A program made the position numbers and the translations under genes. Below are positions 31,201-41,339 of a stretch of 64,000 nt of DNA, in pieces (position 1 is the stretch's first letter; the number at the start of each line of letters is the position of its first letter). Source of the stretch: a virus (lineage: Duplodnaviria > Caudoviricetes); IMG/VR virus record IMGVR_UViG_3300046167_000798; one strand, given 5' to 3'. Under the pieces are notes generated by a model, which ran no database searches, was not told where the DNA came from, and saw only the letters and a program-made list of their open reading frames with translations.

Positions 31201-33495
31201 AAAGTTAGAAGAAGATACAAATTGATTAACCAAATCACTAGATGTAGTTGAACCACTTGTAATTAAATCATCAAGAATTTGATATCCAATATCATCACTT
31301 ACATCTAAATCAAAATTAGGAGTAAGTGGATTACATACTTGTATAGAATTATCTACAATAGTAATCTGGTCTATAATTGGTATAGATTGTATTTTAGAAA
31401 GCCAAATAGAATCATTTACATTAACTGCTTTATCTAATGGTTCATATAATTTTAATACTACTGTTTTTTCTGTTGATACCTTAACATCTTTATTAATATC
31501 TTCCTGATATTCGTATTTAGAAAAAGTTTCTTCATCGATTCCCCAAGTTGAAACTAGTTCATTATTACCATTTCCTAAATGTAAGTAATGAGTTAAGAAT
31601 TTAGATTCATCTGATTTAAGGGAATCAACATCTACATCAGCTAAAAAGGCTTTTCTTAAATCAGCAATCAATGTACCTCTTCTAAGTTTTAAGTCTCCTT
31701 TATCAAAAGTAATATTTATTTTTTCATATTTACCTTCTGTTACTTCATTACCTTCAAGATTAGTTGGAATAAGTACTAAAGTGAATTGTACTTTATCTAT
31801 ATTCTCTTGTGGTTTATTTTTTAATTTATTTAATACATCACCTACCTTAAACTCTGCTATTCCTGATGGTTCAAATTGTCCTAATAAGTTTGAATCTTCT
31901 TTTTTATCAATATAAATCTTAACAAAGTTAGTGTTTACTGATTGCCAAGATATTTTGAAAGGAACATCATATTCTTTGAAATCAGCTCCCTTTATATTTT
32001 GTGGGTAGTTGATATTTGTAATATCTGGCCCTTCTAATATTTCTTCACTAAATACATTTATTGTAATTTTAGCATATTCACCAGTACCACCCTTTTCAGA
32101 TATAGGTTGTAGATATAGTTCATATAATCCCAATCCATTTATAAAATCTTCTTTATTTAAAACAACCGAACCTGATTTATCGATTCTTCTTTCTGTTTTT
32201 CCTAAAGTAAATCCAACATAATCAGAATATGCCGTTGAGTATGGAATTTTTAAGCTAATACCAGCCGCAATATTATATTTAAGATTAGTTAAATCAACTT
32301 TAATAAGAGGATTACCATCTTGAGGTACATCTACGATTGGTTTTGATTCTATAAATACTTTAGTTAAACCAGAAGTTAGTGGTATCTTAGTATCATATGT
32401 TGTTAAAGTTCTAGCGTCTTTTCTATCAGGATAAGTTATAGTATATGATATTCTATGTTTTGTTACATCTCCTTTATGAAATAATTCAATATAAGAAGTT
32501 GAATTTTCAAACCCATCAGTACCAGGTTGTCTTAATTTTAGTAAATCATCTTCTTCAAGAAGACCTTCAGTTCCCCAAGATGTTCTAAAACCAACAAGAC
32601 CATTGAATGCAATATCTGCTTCCATTTCTATATCAATAGGTGTTGGGTCAGGTATTACAACTACATTTTTAAATTGAAAATCTAAATTAGCAGCAAATAC
32701 TTTTTGTGAAACAACTAGATTTTCAACTGGTTTGGTTGATGGTTGTTCAACCCACCTACCATCTATTCTTTTTTCTATTAAAAATTCGTAAAAACTAAAC
32801 TTAGTACTACCAAATGAAAATCTTGGTAGTGGTTTTGGTTGTGGTTTTATAAATGGTTTTGTAAATCCAAGAAATAAATCATCTCCTCTAACTGCAAGTT
32901 CTTCACGCCCATCAAATCTAAAATTATTATTAAATTGTGGTTTTATTTGGTCAAACTTTAAATAATCTTTAGTAATAGGAACATAGTCTAGTTGAACATC
33001 TTCAGGTACTAGTGGTTTTATTTCTTTAACTATACTATTTAATTTAGAAGTAATTCTATATGAATCATCTGATATTTGTTCACCTCTTTTTACAGTAACT
33101 ATTACTGGTTTAATACATTCTTTTGCATTTAAGGATATTTTTTTAGATGAAGAATTAAATTCTGTATTTTTTGAATTAAAAAGAACATCAAATCCTTTTT
33201 TATTAGAAGATGTACTTAATAATATAGTTGCATTTTGGGTTTTTATTGGCGGTTCATATTTACATACAGAATTATTAGCAGTAGTTGCTCGTGGATTGTA
33301 GTTAATCGCAGTTCTATCCATACACCCACTAATAATAGGAATATCTTTAGTAGGAGAACCTACTCCACCACCTCCACCAGAATCTAAATTATCAGACAGA
33401 ACATCATCGACAATATCATTTTGTCCTCCAAATCCTAAATCTGAATTTGGATTATATTGTTCATCGAACTGAAATATTTTCCTTTTAATCGCCAT
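28207..33495 (-). CDS. Large baseplate wedge/tail protein (1,762 aa) with LamG-like domain
   Basis: YLYKNKGTKRAV (KGT motif of P2 gpI/T4 gp7-like wedge proteins), LDEFRLW LamG-like motif, position in the baseplate cluster. Confidence 0.6.
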   Translation of the reverse strand: MAIKRKIFQFDEQYNPNSDLGFGGQNDIVDDVLSDNLDSGGGGGVGSPTKDIPIISGCMDRTAINYNPRATTANNSVCKYEPPIKTQNATILLSTSSNKKGFDVLFNSKNTEFNSSSKKISLNAKECIKPVIVTVKRGEQISDDSYRITSKLNSIVKEIKPLVPEDVQLDYVPITKDYLKFDQIKPQFNNNFRFDGREELAVRGDDLFLGFTKPFIKPQPKPLPRFSFGSTKFSFYEFLIEKRIDGRWVEQPSTKPVENLVVSQKVFAANLDFQFKNVVVIPDPTPIDIEMEADIAFNGLVGFRTSWGTEGLLEEDDLLKLRQPGTDGFENSTSYIELFHKGDVTKHRISYTITYPDRKDARTLTTYDTKIPLTSGLTKVFIESKPIVDVPQDGNPLIKVDLTNLKYNIAAGISLKIPYSTAYSDYVGFTLGKTERRIDKSGSVVLNKEDFINGLGLYELYLQPISEKGGTGEYAKITINVFSEEILEGPDITNINYPQNIKGADFKEYDVPFKISWQSVNTNFVKIYIDKKEDSNLLGQFEPSGIAEFKVGDVLNKLKNKPQENIDKVQFTLVLIPTNLEGNEVTEGKYEKINITFDKGDLKLRRGTLIADLRKAFLADVDVDSLKSDESKFLTHYLHLGNGNNELVSTWGIDEETFSKYEYQEDINKDVKVSTEKTVVLKLYEPLDKAVNVNDSIWLSKIQSIPIIDQITIVDNSIQVCNPLTPNFDLDVSDDIGYQILDDLITSGSTTSSDLVNQFVSSSNFTQDKLDILFVSSSTDLFEEYSGSGNIIKETGIQEYNWKDFVKYSSAEERVENFVYKVKLIQNYEYRYNQLTSGSGITGWTGSLSVLNEANSQLNKINETKRGFDSFEKFLFTSSSEFTTNDANSWTYPFNVNGTAITSSDAIVTSWYDSAVVSAHEFDKQNTSRLSYNLPAHVTDDFKNSEYVLFFDMIGQHFDTIWTYIRGVSQSKKTEHKKEIGVSSELVYHMLESLGWDADMGVQSQFLWEYAFGKHSDGTTVSSMSGKDRQNEVWRRLLNNLPYLYKNKGTKRAVHAALSCYGVPASLLTIMEFGGPQDVSSESAATDFTFEDRTSSINISGSSSIIVPWKEYSSTFPNAVEVRVNTNQKQDQQIISASNWSLDIIKNTGSLASVKLTVGEESASTALTPLFNEEYTQIVVSRESGSASDNFNLYVKEGFQGRIRNEVSTTLTTTTKAWDSGSELYIGGNTLTASLDEFRLWTSPLSESVVTNHTLLPDAIDGNHVSSSTDDLILRLDFEYPKDRNSDTEIKNVSVINTYEPFATASNFLSVSEYPYQYQPYERTVTAKVPQTGFSFGNKVRFETQTLESNLNYRSRATKKSYDQSPIDSNKLGLFFSPIKEINMDIMKSLGSFSIDDYIGDPSDDYKDSYTKLKNLRNYYFDRYNLNFQEYIQLVRYIDKSLFTTLESLIPSRAKVISGLLIEPHILERSKLELKPTTAQNNQYNSEVDTQEDISITSDNHMILASITSSQEVSLVSNTNTFNAEVTASDDVIVTSSYDVYESEVTASDDINQTGFITVNSGSDMGGISISVDAQFTGSVQGAYDSTAYQQIGMGAESLSRLGFGLYGKDSHSIRTRLDKNNNFVKDRVKVFLLKESYSEDVPQNINSSDESLGREFVSITKYKQFVNILPFTGSDGSETTDPVVAGNIVQVTPLDGNFETHYSNVGDLTSGLENSFFNGSSQTSKTTLDGGSPVVTFTTNPNTLRVSDSGRGSGEPILEVD

Positions 33496-33520
33496 GTTTA
33501 TAAATATCCTACCCTACTTT

Positions 33521-35359
33521 TTATCTGTATTGTTCTATGTTTAAATTTTCTCTATCTATTACTACATCTCCTTGACCAGGAGTTGGTATATTTCTACCGC
33601 CGCCTCCACCACTACTATTACTGTTATTAGTTGATGGTCTATTAGGTGGTGTTGGTGTACTTCCACATACACCTCTTCTTGTTATTTTTAATCCTGATAC
33701 TTGTGTTACTGTTCCTTCTTGAGCACAAACTATAATACTATCGCCAGGTAAAAGTGCAGGAAACTGTACAAGTTGTCCTACTTGATTTTTATATGTTGAA
33801 GTTATTGTTTGGCCTGTTCCTCCTCGACCAGATGCTAGTTCAAAATTTGATATCAAACTAGTATATCCATATTCTGAAGAACCCTGTCCTCTAAAAGATT
33901 GATTCTCTATGAGGTTAGGTCTGATAAATGAACTTTCTCCTGAATTACTTATATTGGTTATACTATATTCTACTAAAGAAGGAGAAGTATCTATTTCTCT
34001 TATTTTTGGAACTTCTCTAACATCATCATTTAGTCCAAATTTTATTTGTCCTACATCGTGTGTAATTTCAAATGAATCAAATTCTACTCCTGATTGTGTA
34101 CCTGCACTTACTCCATTTAATTTCCACTTTATACTAGCGGTAGAAGACCAAACATAATAAGTTTTAGTTACACTCTGAATAATTTCTTCATATCTACAAC
34201 TACCATCACTTTCGGTAGCCAGACTATTATAATTTATTGCAGATGGGTCTGTACATCCTAATATAACAGGCTCTTCTTCTTTATATCTACATGAACCATC
34301 TTCTGTATTGGCAGATGGATTAAAGTTTTCTGCAGATGGGTCTGTACATCCTTTTACTTCTGCATCAATTGAATCTGGTTCTGTTGCAGAATATATAGAA
34401 TTAGATGTACTTGATTTTAATATATTTTTTAAAGCATCTATTGTTATCTGTTCTTCTTTAGAAAGAATATTATCTTTCTGTATATCTCGTTTTGGTAAAT
34501 AATATTCTAAAGAATTTATTAATGCAGTTTCTGCAATTCTTTTTATTTCATCTACTGATAATTCAACACAATCTAATTTTTCTTCAGAAGGCTTTCCATA
34601 GTTAGTTGAACTAATACTCCAATTTAATCCTTGTACAAAATACTTAAGAGATTCAATCCATTTATCTTTTACTTTTAATACAAATTCATCAAAGTTAGAT
34701 ATTTTAAATTCTTTCTTAATTAAGTTAATATATTTTGTACCATCTGTTTCTTTTCCTTTAGATAGTAAAATATATTGTTTTATTTTTTCTACACTACATG
34801 AATCAACATATTCTTGTATAGTATAAATTACATCATCTCTAAATGAAGATTCATTGGTAAAAATAGAATATCTTTTTTCTAAATCCTCATTTAATGAATC
34901 TCTTCTAATTGGTAAAATTCTAACTTCTGTTCTCGATGGTGAAATTTCATGTATCCACATTTTATTAGATTCAACTTCCTCAGTACCAACTCTTCTGTTT
35001 AATAAAGTTATTTGTGTTTTAAAACTACCATTTGAATATCCAGCATCTTTAATTAATCTTTCTAAGTCAACTACGAATTCTTGTGAATCTTTTGTATTCT
35101 TAGTAAAAGAATTAGTTGGTAAAGTTAAAAAATATTCTTTTGATTTTTCATCATCTAAATATATGTATCTTACTAACTTACCAGTATCACCTTGTGGCAA
35201 TTGATTATTGTTTATATCATATAGTATAAATTCAATTACATCAGCACACCCCAACCCAAAGTTAGATTTAGATATTTCTTTTTCAAATACCTTTCTATCT
35301 TCGGAATCAACTAAGTATCCTTTCCTATCTACAATATTTTTAAAATCTTTTATTGCCAT
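33521..35359 (-). CDS. Putative virion protein with two GCTDP..NYN.A..DGSC.Y repeats
   Basis: GCTDPSAENFNPSANTEDGSCRY and GCTDPSAINYNSLATESDGSCRY; structural context. Confidence 0.55.
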   Translation of the reverse strand: MAIKDFKNIVDRKGYLVDSEDRKVFEKEISKSNFGLGCADVIEFILYDINNNQLPQGDTGKLVRYIYLDDEKSKEYFLTLPTNSFTKNTKDSQEFVVDLERLIKDAGYSNGSFKTQITLLNRRVGTEEVESNKMWIHEISPSRTEVRILPIRRDSLNEDLEKRYSIFTNESSFRDDVIYTIQEYVDSCSVEKIKQYILLSKGKETDGTKYINLIKKEFKISNFDEFVLKVKDKWIESLKYFVQGLNWSISSTNYGKPSEEKLDCVELSVDEIKRIAETALINSLEYYLPKRDIQKDNILSKEEQITIDALKNILKSSTSNSIYSATEPDSIDAEVKGCTDPSAENFNPSANTEDGSCRYKEEEPVILGCTDPSAINYNSLATESDGSCRYEEIIQSVTKTYYVWSSTASIKWKLNGVSAGTQSGVEFDSFEITHDVGQIKFGLNDDVREVPKIREIDTSPSLVEYSITNISNSGESSFIRPNLIENQSFRGQGSSEYGYTSLISNFELASGRGGTGQTITSTYKNQVGQLVQFPALLPGDSIIVCAQEGTVTQVSGLKITRRGVCGSTPTPPNRPSTNNSNSSGGGGGRNIPTPGQGDVVIDRENLNIEQYR

Positions 35360-35365
35360 AATTTA

Positions 35366-36607
35366 TTAATTACCTTTTCCACCACTTCTTAATTTTCTAT
35401 AAAATCTTCCTAACATATCAAACGTTGTTCCATCTATCTTTAGAGTAATTTTATCATTGAATTTTTTTCTTCTTCCTTTTGGTGAAGATACCTTTCTAAC
35501 TTTAGTTGCAGTTAATGTTACTTTACCAGGAGTACTACCACTTCTTGCTGGTATTGTTCCTGACATTTTACTAAAACCAATCCATGGGTCATCATGTCCA
35601 CCGGCATCAGCTACAACAGTAAAAGAATATGATACTTCTTTTTCATCATTGAAGTTGAAAAGTTCTAAATCATTACCATTCGCCCAACCACAACTTTTTC
35701 TATTTGACCTAAAGTAGAATGTTCTTCCGTCATCAAGTTTTTCTTGGTCTCTAACATTATTTTCTGGTATCTTCCACGCATAATCACCTTCTTGTTTATA
35801 TGAATTAGGAGGTCCACTTAATGAACGTAATATAGCAGTTTCTTCTTGTTGTGCCTCTTCAGCCGCTTCTGCCGCTTGTAAACTTTCTACTATTCCTTTT
35901 TGAGCTTCAAGTAATTCCTTCAAGGTATATTTTTGAGCTTGTAAACCTCTAACTTGTGCAGCCAAAGAAACTCTTTCAATACCCTCTTTCGTACCTTTTA
36001 TAATTGCAGTTGAAAAATCTCCAAGTAAATCTGAATATCTTGCATTTGTTTGAGCTGCTTCATTTTCTGCCGCAGATTGTTGTAATTTCGCAGAATCCAA
36101 TTCTTCTAATGCCAAATCTAATTGAGATTTAAGGCTTTCTATTTCAGATTCTAATGTTGATATTTGTAAATTTAATTCTCGTATTTCATCTTGAGCTGCA
36201 TCATATTTTTCTTGTAAATTATCATATCTTGATTTTAAGATATAATCTTTTTTATTTAATTTACGTTTTTTTATTAACTCATCTACCTTTACATCAATTG
36301 CCTTTTTTAATTCCTCTTCATTATATTTAGGTTTTACTAAATCAGCTGATGTTTCTCCTCCATATGATTCTTGCTCTACTTTTATAGGAATTTGCTGTTC
36401 GTTTAATTCTTCTTTTAACTTAGGGGATATTGGTTTGGATTTTTTTATCGGCTTAGTTCCAAATGGAACTTCTTTTTTCTTTTCATCAGGTCTGATTTCT
36501 TTACCATCTATTTTATTGACAAGAATATGTCCTTTCGTATCTCTACGAACTGCCTTTGAACCCTTTTTGACAAGTTCATCAATTCTAAATTTATCCTTTA
36601 AAGCCAT
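35366..36607 (-). CDS. Hypothetical coiled-coil protein (probably structural)
   Basis: Central heptad region of about 130 aa; located in the baseplate operon. Confidence 0.55.
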   Translation of the reverse strand: MALKDKFRIDELVKKGSKAVRRDTKGHILVNKIDGKEIRPDEKKKEVPFGTKPIKKSKPISPKLKEELNEQQIPIKVEQESYGGETSADLVKPKYNEEELKKAIDVKVDELIKKRKLNKKDYILKSRYDNLQEKYDAAQDEIRELNLQISTLESEIESLKSQLDLALEELDSAKLQQSAAENEAAQTNARYSDLLGDFSTAIIKGTKEGIERVSLAAQVRGLQAQKYTLKELLEAQKGIVESLQAAEAAEEAQQEETAILRSLSGPPNSYKQEGDYAWKIPENNVRDQEKLDDGRTFYFRSNRKSCGWANGNDLELFNFNDEKEVSYSFTVVADAGGHDDPWIGFSKMSGTIPARSGSTPGKVTLTATKVRKVSSPKGRRKKFNDKITLKIDGTTFDMLGRFYRKLRSGGKGN

Positions 36608-36611
36608 CTCT

Positions 36612-37673
36612 TTACTTTTCTACTGTAAATGTTAAATCTTTATCACTAAAATATTCTACCACTCCACTTCTTACAGTTTTTATTTCAATATAGTAATCTC
36701 TATTATATTCAAAGTTATTTAAATTTAATTTAAAATAGTTACCGATTGCATCACAACTAACCTTTGTATAGTTATCGTTAAATGGTACTACTACTTCATC
36801 TGTTACTATATCTTTAATTTGATAATAAGTGGTTGATGGTAAATACTTTACATCAGTATAAGCATACTCGTTGGTGTAGGTTTTAAGAGGATATTTCTCT
36901 CTTCCAAAAACTCTAATTGTAGGTTTACTTCCTCTTTTATATACTGTTTTTAGTCTTTTAAATGTTACATGAATATCATCGGCAGTTAATGCACTAAGAG
37001 AACCAGTTATAAATGATGAATCATCCCAACCAATTCGTAACTTAGGTTGGTATATAGTATTTGTTTCTTTTGAAAAGAATTTTAATTGGCCATAATCAAC
37101 TGTATCATTTTCTTTAACCGAATCGTGTTTTAGAATCCAACCTTGATTTGGTATAGTACCAGCAATCCAAGAAGTAATCGAAGGTAATACATTCATACTA
37201 ATATCACTTGTTGAATATGAAAACTCTTGAGATGATGATGAGCCTGTGTACCAAGTTCCTCCCTTTCCATTAAACGAACCAGTCGTTCCACTTGCAAATC
37301 CATTTCCTAACCAATTAGTAGTTGTTGTTCTTTTGTTCCAACTACATCCATCAGTTGATATATCATCAAATCGTGTTCCGATTCCCACATCCCAAGATTG
37401 AGAAATAGGATATGCATAAATTGTATAATCAGTAGGAATTTCACTTCCTTCGCTTTCGTTAAGTATTAAATGAGCCGAACTCATTGTTACTTCACCACTT
37501 GCAATAGAAGCAGATAATGGAGTGGTATCTATTTTAATTAACGTATGAGCTACATCTTTTAAGTTACCATAATAAGTTTTAGATATTTCTAATATCTCAT
37601 CCCTACCTGTATTTTGAGTAGGTTGTTGTAAATAAATTGTTGAATCTTTTGATGCTGTTACGAAATAATACAT
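36612..37673 (-). CDS. Baseplate-associated protein with DNRLRE/CBM96-like domain
   Basis: ASKDSTIY..P.QNTG.DEILEI, TLIKID, FFSKET..IYQPKL. Confidence 0.5.
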   Translation of the reverse strand: MYYFVTASKDSTIYLQQPTQNTGRDEILEISKTYYGNLKDVAHTLIKIDTTPLSASIASGEVTMSSAHLILNESEGSEIPTDYTIYAYPISQSWDVGIGTRFDDISTDGCSWNKRTTTTNWLGNGFASGTTGSFNGKGGTWYTGSSSSQEFSYSTSDISMNVLPSITSWIAGTIPNQGWILKHDSVKENDTVDYGQLKFFSKETNTIYQPKLRIGWDDSSFITGSLSALTADDIHVTFKRLKTVYKRGSKPTIRVFGREKYPLKTYTNEYAYTDVKYLPSTTYYQIKDIVTDEVVVPFNDNYTKVSCDAIGNYFKLNLNNFEYNRDYYIEIKTVRSGVVEYFSDKDLTFTVEK

Positions 37674-39697
37674 TATACAACCCTCCCTTTTATATCCTTG
37701 TTTGGAAATTTAATCTCAAACACAGAAGGGTCTACTGATGGATATACCATCTTACCTTTTGTTGCTTGTGATATATTATATGAATTTGTAGAGTAACTTC
37801 CATTACATTTATTAGTAATTTCACATTTAGGTACTGATTGTACTCCCTCTACTCCTGCCAATAATAATTCTATTTCAGATATATTAATTGCCATATTGAA
37901 AGTCCAATTATCGATATTAAAATATTCTTTAAGTTCACCTATACACTTAGTAAGAACTTCTCTTTTGTTATATCCACCATAAACTCTAATTTCAAAATCA
38001 ACACCTATGTTGATTATATAACCATCTATAATATTAACACCATCGGTTAACATTCGGTATTCTCCTAGATATGTTTTTAAGTTTTGTTTGATTGCAGTAT
38101 TACTTGTTAATCTTTCCAAATTCTTATTAGAATTATATCCAAGAATATATAAGTTAATTGCAAATGGATTGTTTTTTTCAGTTTGATTATTTGTTTTACT
38201 AGATAAAAACTTTTTTACTTCATTTTTTATTTCTTGTTGAGATAACTTTCTTTCTCCAAGTCCTGTTACTAAACTTGTAAACTCTTCCAATGAATCAGGA
38301 TTAGATAATATTGATGTTGGTGAGTTATTATCAAGTTCTCCATCTGGTGCACAATATGCTTTTGCAATTCCACCAAATTTAGCTGGCATAGAAAGTGCTC
38401 TTACTTGATAATCTTTTCTTGTTACTGCTCTGTTTTGTGAACCAAAGTTTGCAAGTGAGTTTTCTCTAATTTCTTCAATCGTTTCTGCACCTCTACCACC
38501 TGTAGCAGGTACTTCGTTTTCTACAGCAACTGATTGTTTACCTTTATTATATAGTTTTAGTTCAGTTGGTGTAAACAATGTAGAATCATCATCATATTGA
38601 ATTTGTGTAATACTAGTTAAATCTCCTTTTTTTACATTCGATTCAACTCCTCCTCCAATTAAGTATCTAACTGTTAGTGTTGTATTTGAAGGTGCTTGAC
38701 CATATGATTTAGTTTTTAAGAAATTAGCTGGGTCAAATGAAGCTCCTAATTTATCTATTGATGATTGTAACCCTAACCCAACATTTTTAAAATTTGGTAT
38801 TAGTGTTTCATCGTTTGTTGCAGTACCTCCACCAAATATAATTGTAGTTGTATTATCTGCATTTACTTGTGTTGTAAACCTTCTTGAAGTTTTTAATAAT
38901 TTTAAAACACTTGGTACTGAAGCAGAATGTTGTTTTAAATCTTTATCATATTGTTCTGTATTTGGGTAATCAACATAAACCATCTCTTGTGCCAAATAAG
39001 GAACTTGATACCATTTGTTTCCATTAGAATCTCGTACATCAAATATATCTATTACATTTTTATCTGCAATTTGTATTTTTGAAAAATCTTGAGCTGAACC
39101 GAATTGTACTTCAACTTCTTTGATTCTAGCAGATATTGCATTAACTTTTTTCTTGATTAGATATTGAGCCGGCTCATTAGTACCATCAACTCTTCGATAC
39201 ACACTAACTTCTCTTTCACTATCATCATTGAAATCTATAGCTTCACTTGTTCTAAATGTTACTCCTTCTTTTGATTCGATTACCATTCCTTGTTTTATTC
39301 TTAACGCATATGAGTAATCAGGTTCAACTTTACCCTCACCAATAGATTTAGATGGTACAAGTTGATATATAGATAATTTAGTTAGTGCAGGATATGTTAC
39401 CTTTGGTTGATATCCTAGGTATTTTGCTAATGCTAATACATTTTCTTCATCTTGAGCATATAACATCATTGATTCTTTCAATGTGTCATCTGTATAGTAA
39501 GATAGAGAATCTCCAATAAAAGATGCCATTTCAATGAACATCATACCAGGTGAAGATTCGTTAAAATCAGAATAAGTTTTTGGGAAGTATGATTTAGCAT
39601 ACTCAATAATATTATTTCTGAATTGAGAAAAATCTTTATTGAGATACTTTATATCCCTACCATTATTACTTTTAAAATTTGCTGAATTTAATGCCAT
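37673..39697 (-). CDS. Baseplate wedge subunit (T4 gp6 / baseplate J-like)
   Basis: KDFSQFRNNII.YAKSYFP...DF.ESSPGMMFIE, GG..AETIEEIR, QNRAVTRKDY. Confidence 0.85.
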   Translation of the reverse strand: MALNSANFKSNNGRDIKYLNKDFSQFRNNIIEYAKSYFPKTYSDFNESSPGMMFIEMASFIGDSLSYYTDDTLKESMMLYAQDEENVLALAKYLGYQPKVTYPALTKLSIYQLVPSKSIGEGKVEPDYSYALRIKQGMVIESKEGVTFRTSEAIDFNDDSEREVSVYRRVDGTNEPAQYLIKKKVNAISARIKEVEVQFGSAQDFSKIQIADKNVIDIFDVRDSNGNKWYQVPYLAQEMVYVDYPNTEQYDKDLKQHSASVPSVLKLLKTSRRFTTQVNADNTTTIIFGGGTATNDETLIPNFKNVGLGLQSSIDKLGASFDPANFLKTKSYGQAPSNTTLTVRYLIGGGVESNVKKGDLTSITQIQYDDDSTLFTPTELKLYNKGKQSVAVENEVPATGGRGAETIEEIRENSLANFGSQNRAVTRKDYQVRALSMPAKFGGIAKAYCAPDGELDNNSPTSILSNPDSLEEFTSLVTGLGERKLSQQEIKNEVKKFLSSKTNNQTEKNNPFAINLYILGYNSNKNLERLTSNTAIKQNLKTYLGEYRMLTDGVNIIDGYIINIGVDFEIRVYGGYNKREVLTKCIGELKEYFNIDNWTFNMAINISEIELLLAGVEGVQSVPKCEITNKCNGSYSTNSYNISQATKGKMVYPSVDPSVFEIKFPNKDIKGRVV

Positions 39698-39700
39698 ACG

Positions 39701-40132
39701 TTACCCCTCTACTGTGAATGTTACTTCTTGTGTTTCTATTTGATTACCTACTGTGAATGATAATTTAAGTTCCGCTGTGTTTTTATCTTTCATCTCATCT
39801 GTCATATTTACATCAATTTCTTCAATTGATATATAAGGTAACCAAAAGTTAACACTATTAGTAATAGTTTCTTTTAACCTTTCTTCAAAACTATCATCCA
39901 TTTGTTCAAATAGTAATGATGATAATCCTGTTCCGAAGTTTGGTTGCATTACTCTTTCACCTTTTTTAGTTAATAGTAAATTTTTTAAATTAGATTTTGC
40001 TTGCTCGTATGATGAAAAAGCTGATTCAAAGAAACCAGTATTTCCATTTTTTACAGGCAAAGTAATTCCATATGCAAAATCATTAAATGATTTTGTATCC
40101 TTTACTACTTTTTTATCTAATATAAATGCCAT
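39701..40132 (-). CDS. Baseplate wedge protein gp25/GPW-like
   Basis: KSNLKNLLLTKKGERVMQPNFGTGL..LLFE. Confidence 0.9.
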   Translation of the reverse strand: MAFILDKKVVKDTKSFNDFAYGITLPVKNGNTGFFESAFSSYEQAKSNLKNLLLTKKGERVMQPNFGTGLSSLLFEQMDDSFEERLKETITNSVNFWLPYISIEEIDVNMTDEMKDKNTAELKLSFTVGNQIETQEVTFTVEG

Positions 40133-40142
40133 TTTTTACCCC

Positions 40143-40733
40143 TTACCTTGTTTTAAATTTCTTTACAAGTGTAGAATTATCTCTATTTAATATTTTATCA
40201 AGACCAGGTAATCCTGTTCGTACACCAAGTCCTGTTTTATTTGGTTTTGTTGCAACATCACCATATCCCATTTTATGAGCCATCTGAGTTCTTAATCCTC
40301 CAACTCCAGCTCCAGCTCCTTGAGAAGTAAACTGAACAGTTTTGTCCATACTCTCTTGGATTGGTTGTTGTTGTGGTAGATTATCTAATACCGATTTACC
40401 ACCACCTGGTGTTGAGCTTCTTTGTTCTTTTGAAAAAGGCTTTGTATTATTTAAAACTTCATTCAATATTGGATTGTTTGAAAGTTTTTTTGTTGGTGTT
40501 TGTCTTTGTTCCTCAAGTGCAAGTTCTGCTTGTTCAAATGGGTCTATTACATCCTCTTGAACTACCTGCGGAGAGGGAACGCTGACTACACCTCCCTTCA
40601 CCTCTGCTAATCTTTTATTTACTTCCTCTTCCAATATCTTTGGAAAAGTTTTAGATAAAAAACGTTCTTGTTGTTTGGCAGTTTCTACCTCAACAAGAGT
40701 CTTTATTACTTTTATTAATTGTTTGTTGTTCAT
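40143..40733 (-). CDS. Hypothetical protein
   Basis: 196-aa ORF with a late-promoter motif upstream. Confidence 0.6.
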   Translation of the reverse strand: MNNKQLIKVIKTLVEVETAKQQERFLSKTFPKILEEEVNKRLAEVKGGVVSVPSPQVVQEDVIDPFEQAELALEEQRQTPTKKLSNNPILNEVLNNTKPFSKEQRSSTPGGGKSVLDNLPQQQPIQESMDKTVQFTSQGAGAGVGGLRTQMAHKMGYGDVATKPNKTGLGVRTGLPGLDKILNRDNSTLVKKFKTR

Positions 40734-40776
40734 TTTAAAATCTATTGTTCTTAATATAAATATATCTTCTTTAATT

Positions 40777-41337
40777 TTATGGTATTGTCCAACCTGTCCA
40801 AAATAGTACTCCAGGTGCTGGTGGAACTAGTGGAAACCCAGGATATAGTGAAATTGTTATATACATTCCTTGTATTGTAGTAGAATGTATTTGTAAACTA
40901 GCAACTAATCTATCTAAAAAAAGATTAGTATTATCAGTTGGCATCAATGGCCCAACCGGTGCCCAAGTTCCAGGTACAGTTGTAAATCCAGTTATAGTAT
41001 AAAGATTTTGAAATGCTCCCATTGCTGGAATAATTGGTGGTGTATTTGATAATGTTGCTCCTGTCCAATATCCCAATACTCCTTTTCCTATATCATCTAT
41101 AAATGTATGTAACCCACTTTTTTTTGATAAACTAATTTTACAAGCAATTTTAACCAATGTAAGCATTAGTGGTTTATTGGGTGTCATGATTGGTACTTGA
41201 TTTGCGGTTTGAAGTCCTCTTCTAACACACATATCATATTCGTTAGTTAGTTTCTCTGCAAAATCATCTGAAGATTTTATACCTCCTTGATTCTTCATAT
41301 AAAGAGACATATTATTTTTAAATATCTTCCAAGACAT
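40777..41337 (-). CDS. Hypothetical baseplate-associated protein
   Basis: Pro/Gly-rich 186-aa ORF immediately after the spike gene. Confidence 0.55.
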   Translation of the reverse strand: MSWKIFKNNMSLYMKNQGGIKSSDDFAEKLTNEYDMCVRRGLQTANQVPIMTPNKPLMLTLVKIACKISLSKKSGLHTFIDDIGKGVLGYWTGATLSNTPPIIPAMGAFQNLYTITGFTTVPGTWAPVGPLMPTDNTNLFLDRLVASLQIHSTTIQGMYITISLYPGFPLVPPAPGVLFWTGWTIP

Positions 41338-41339
41338 AA

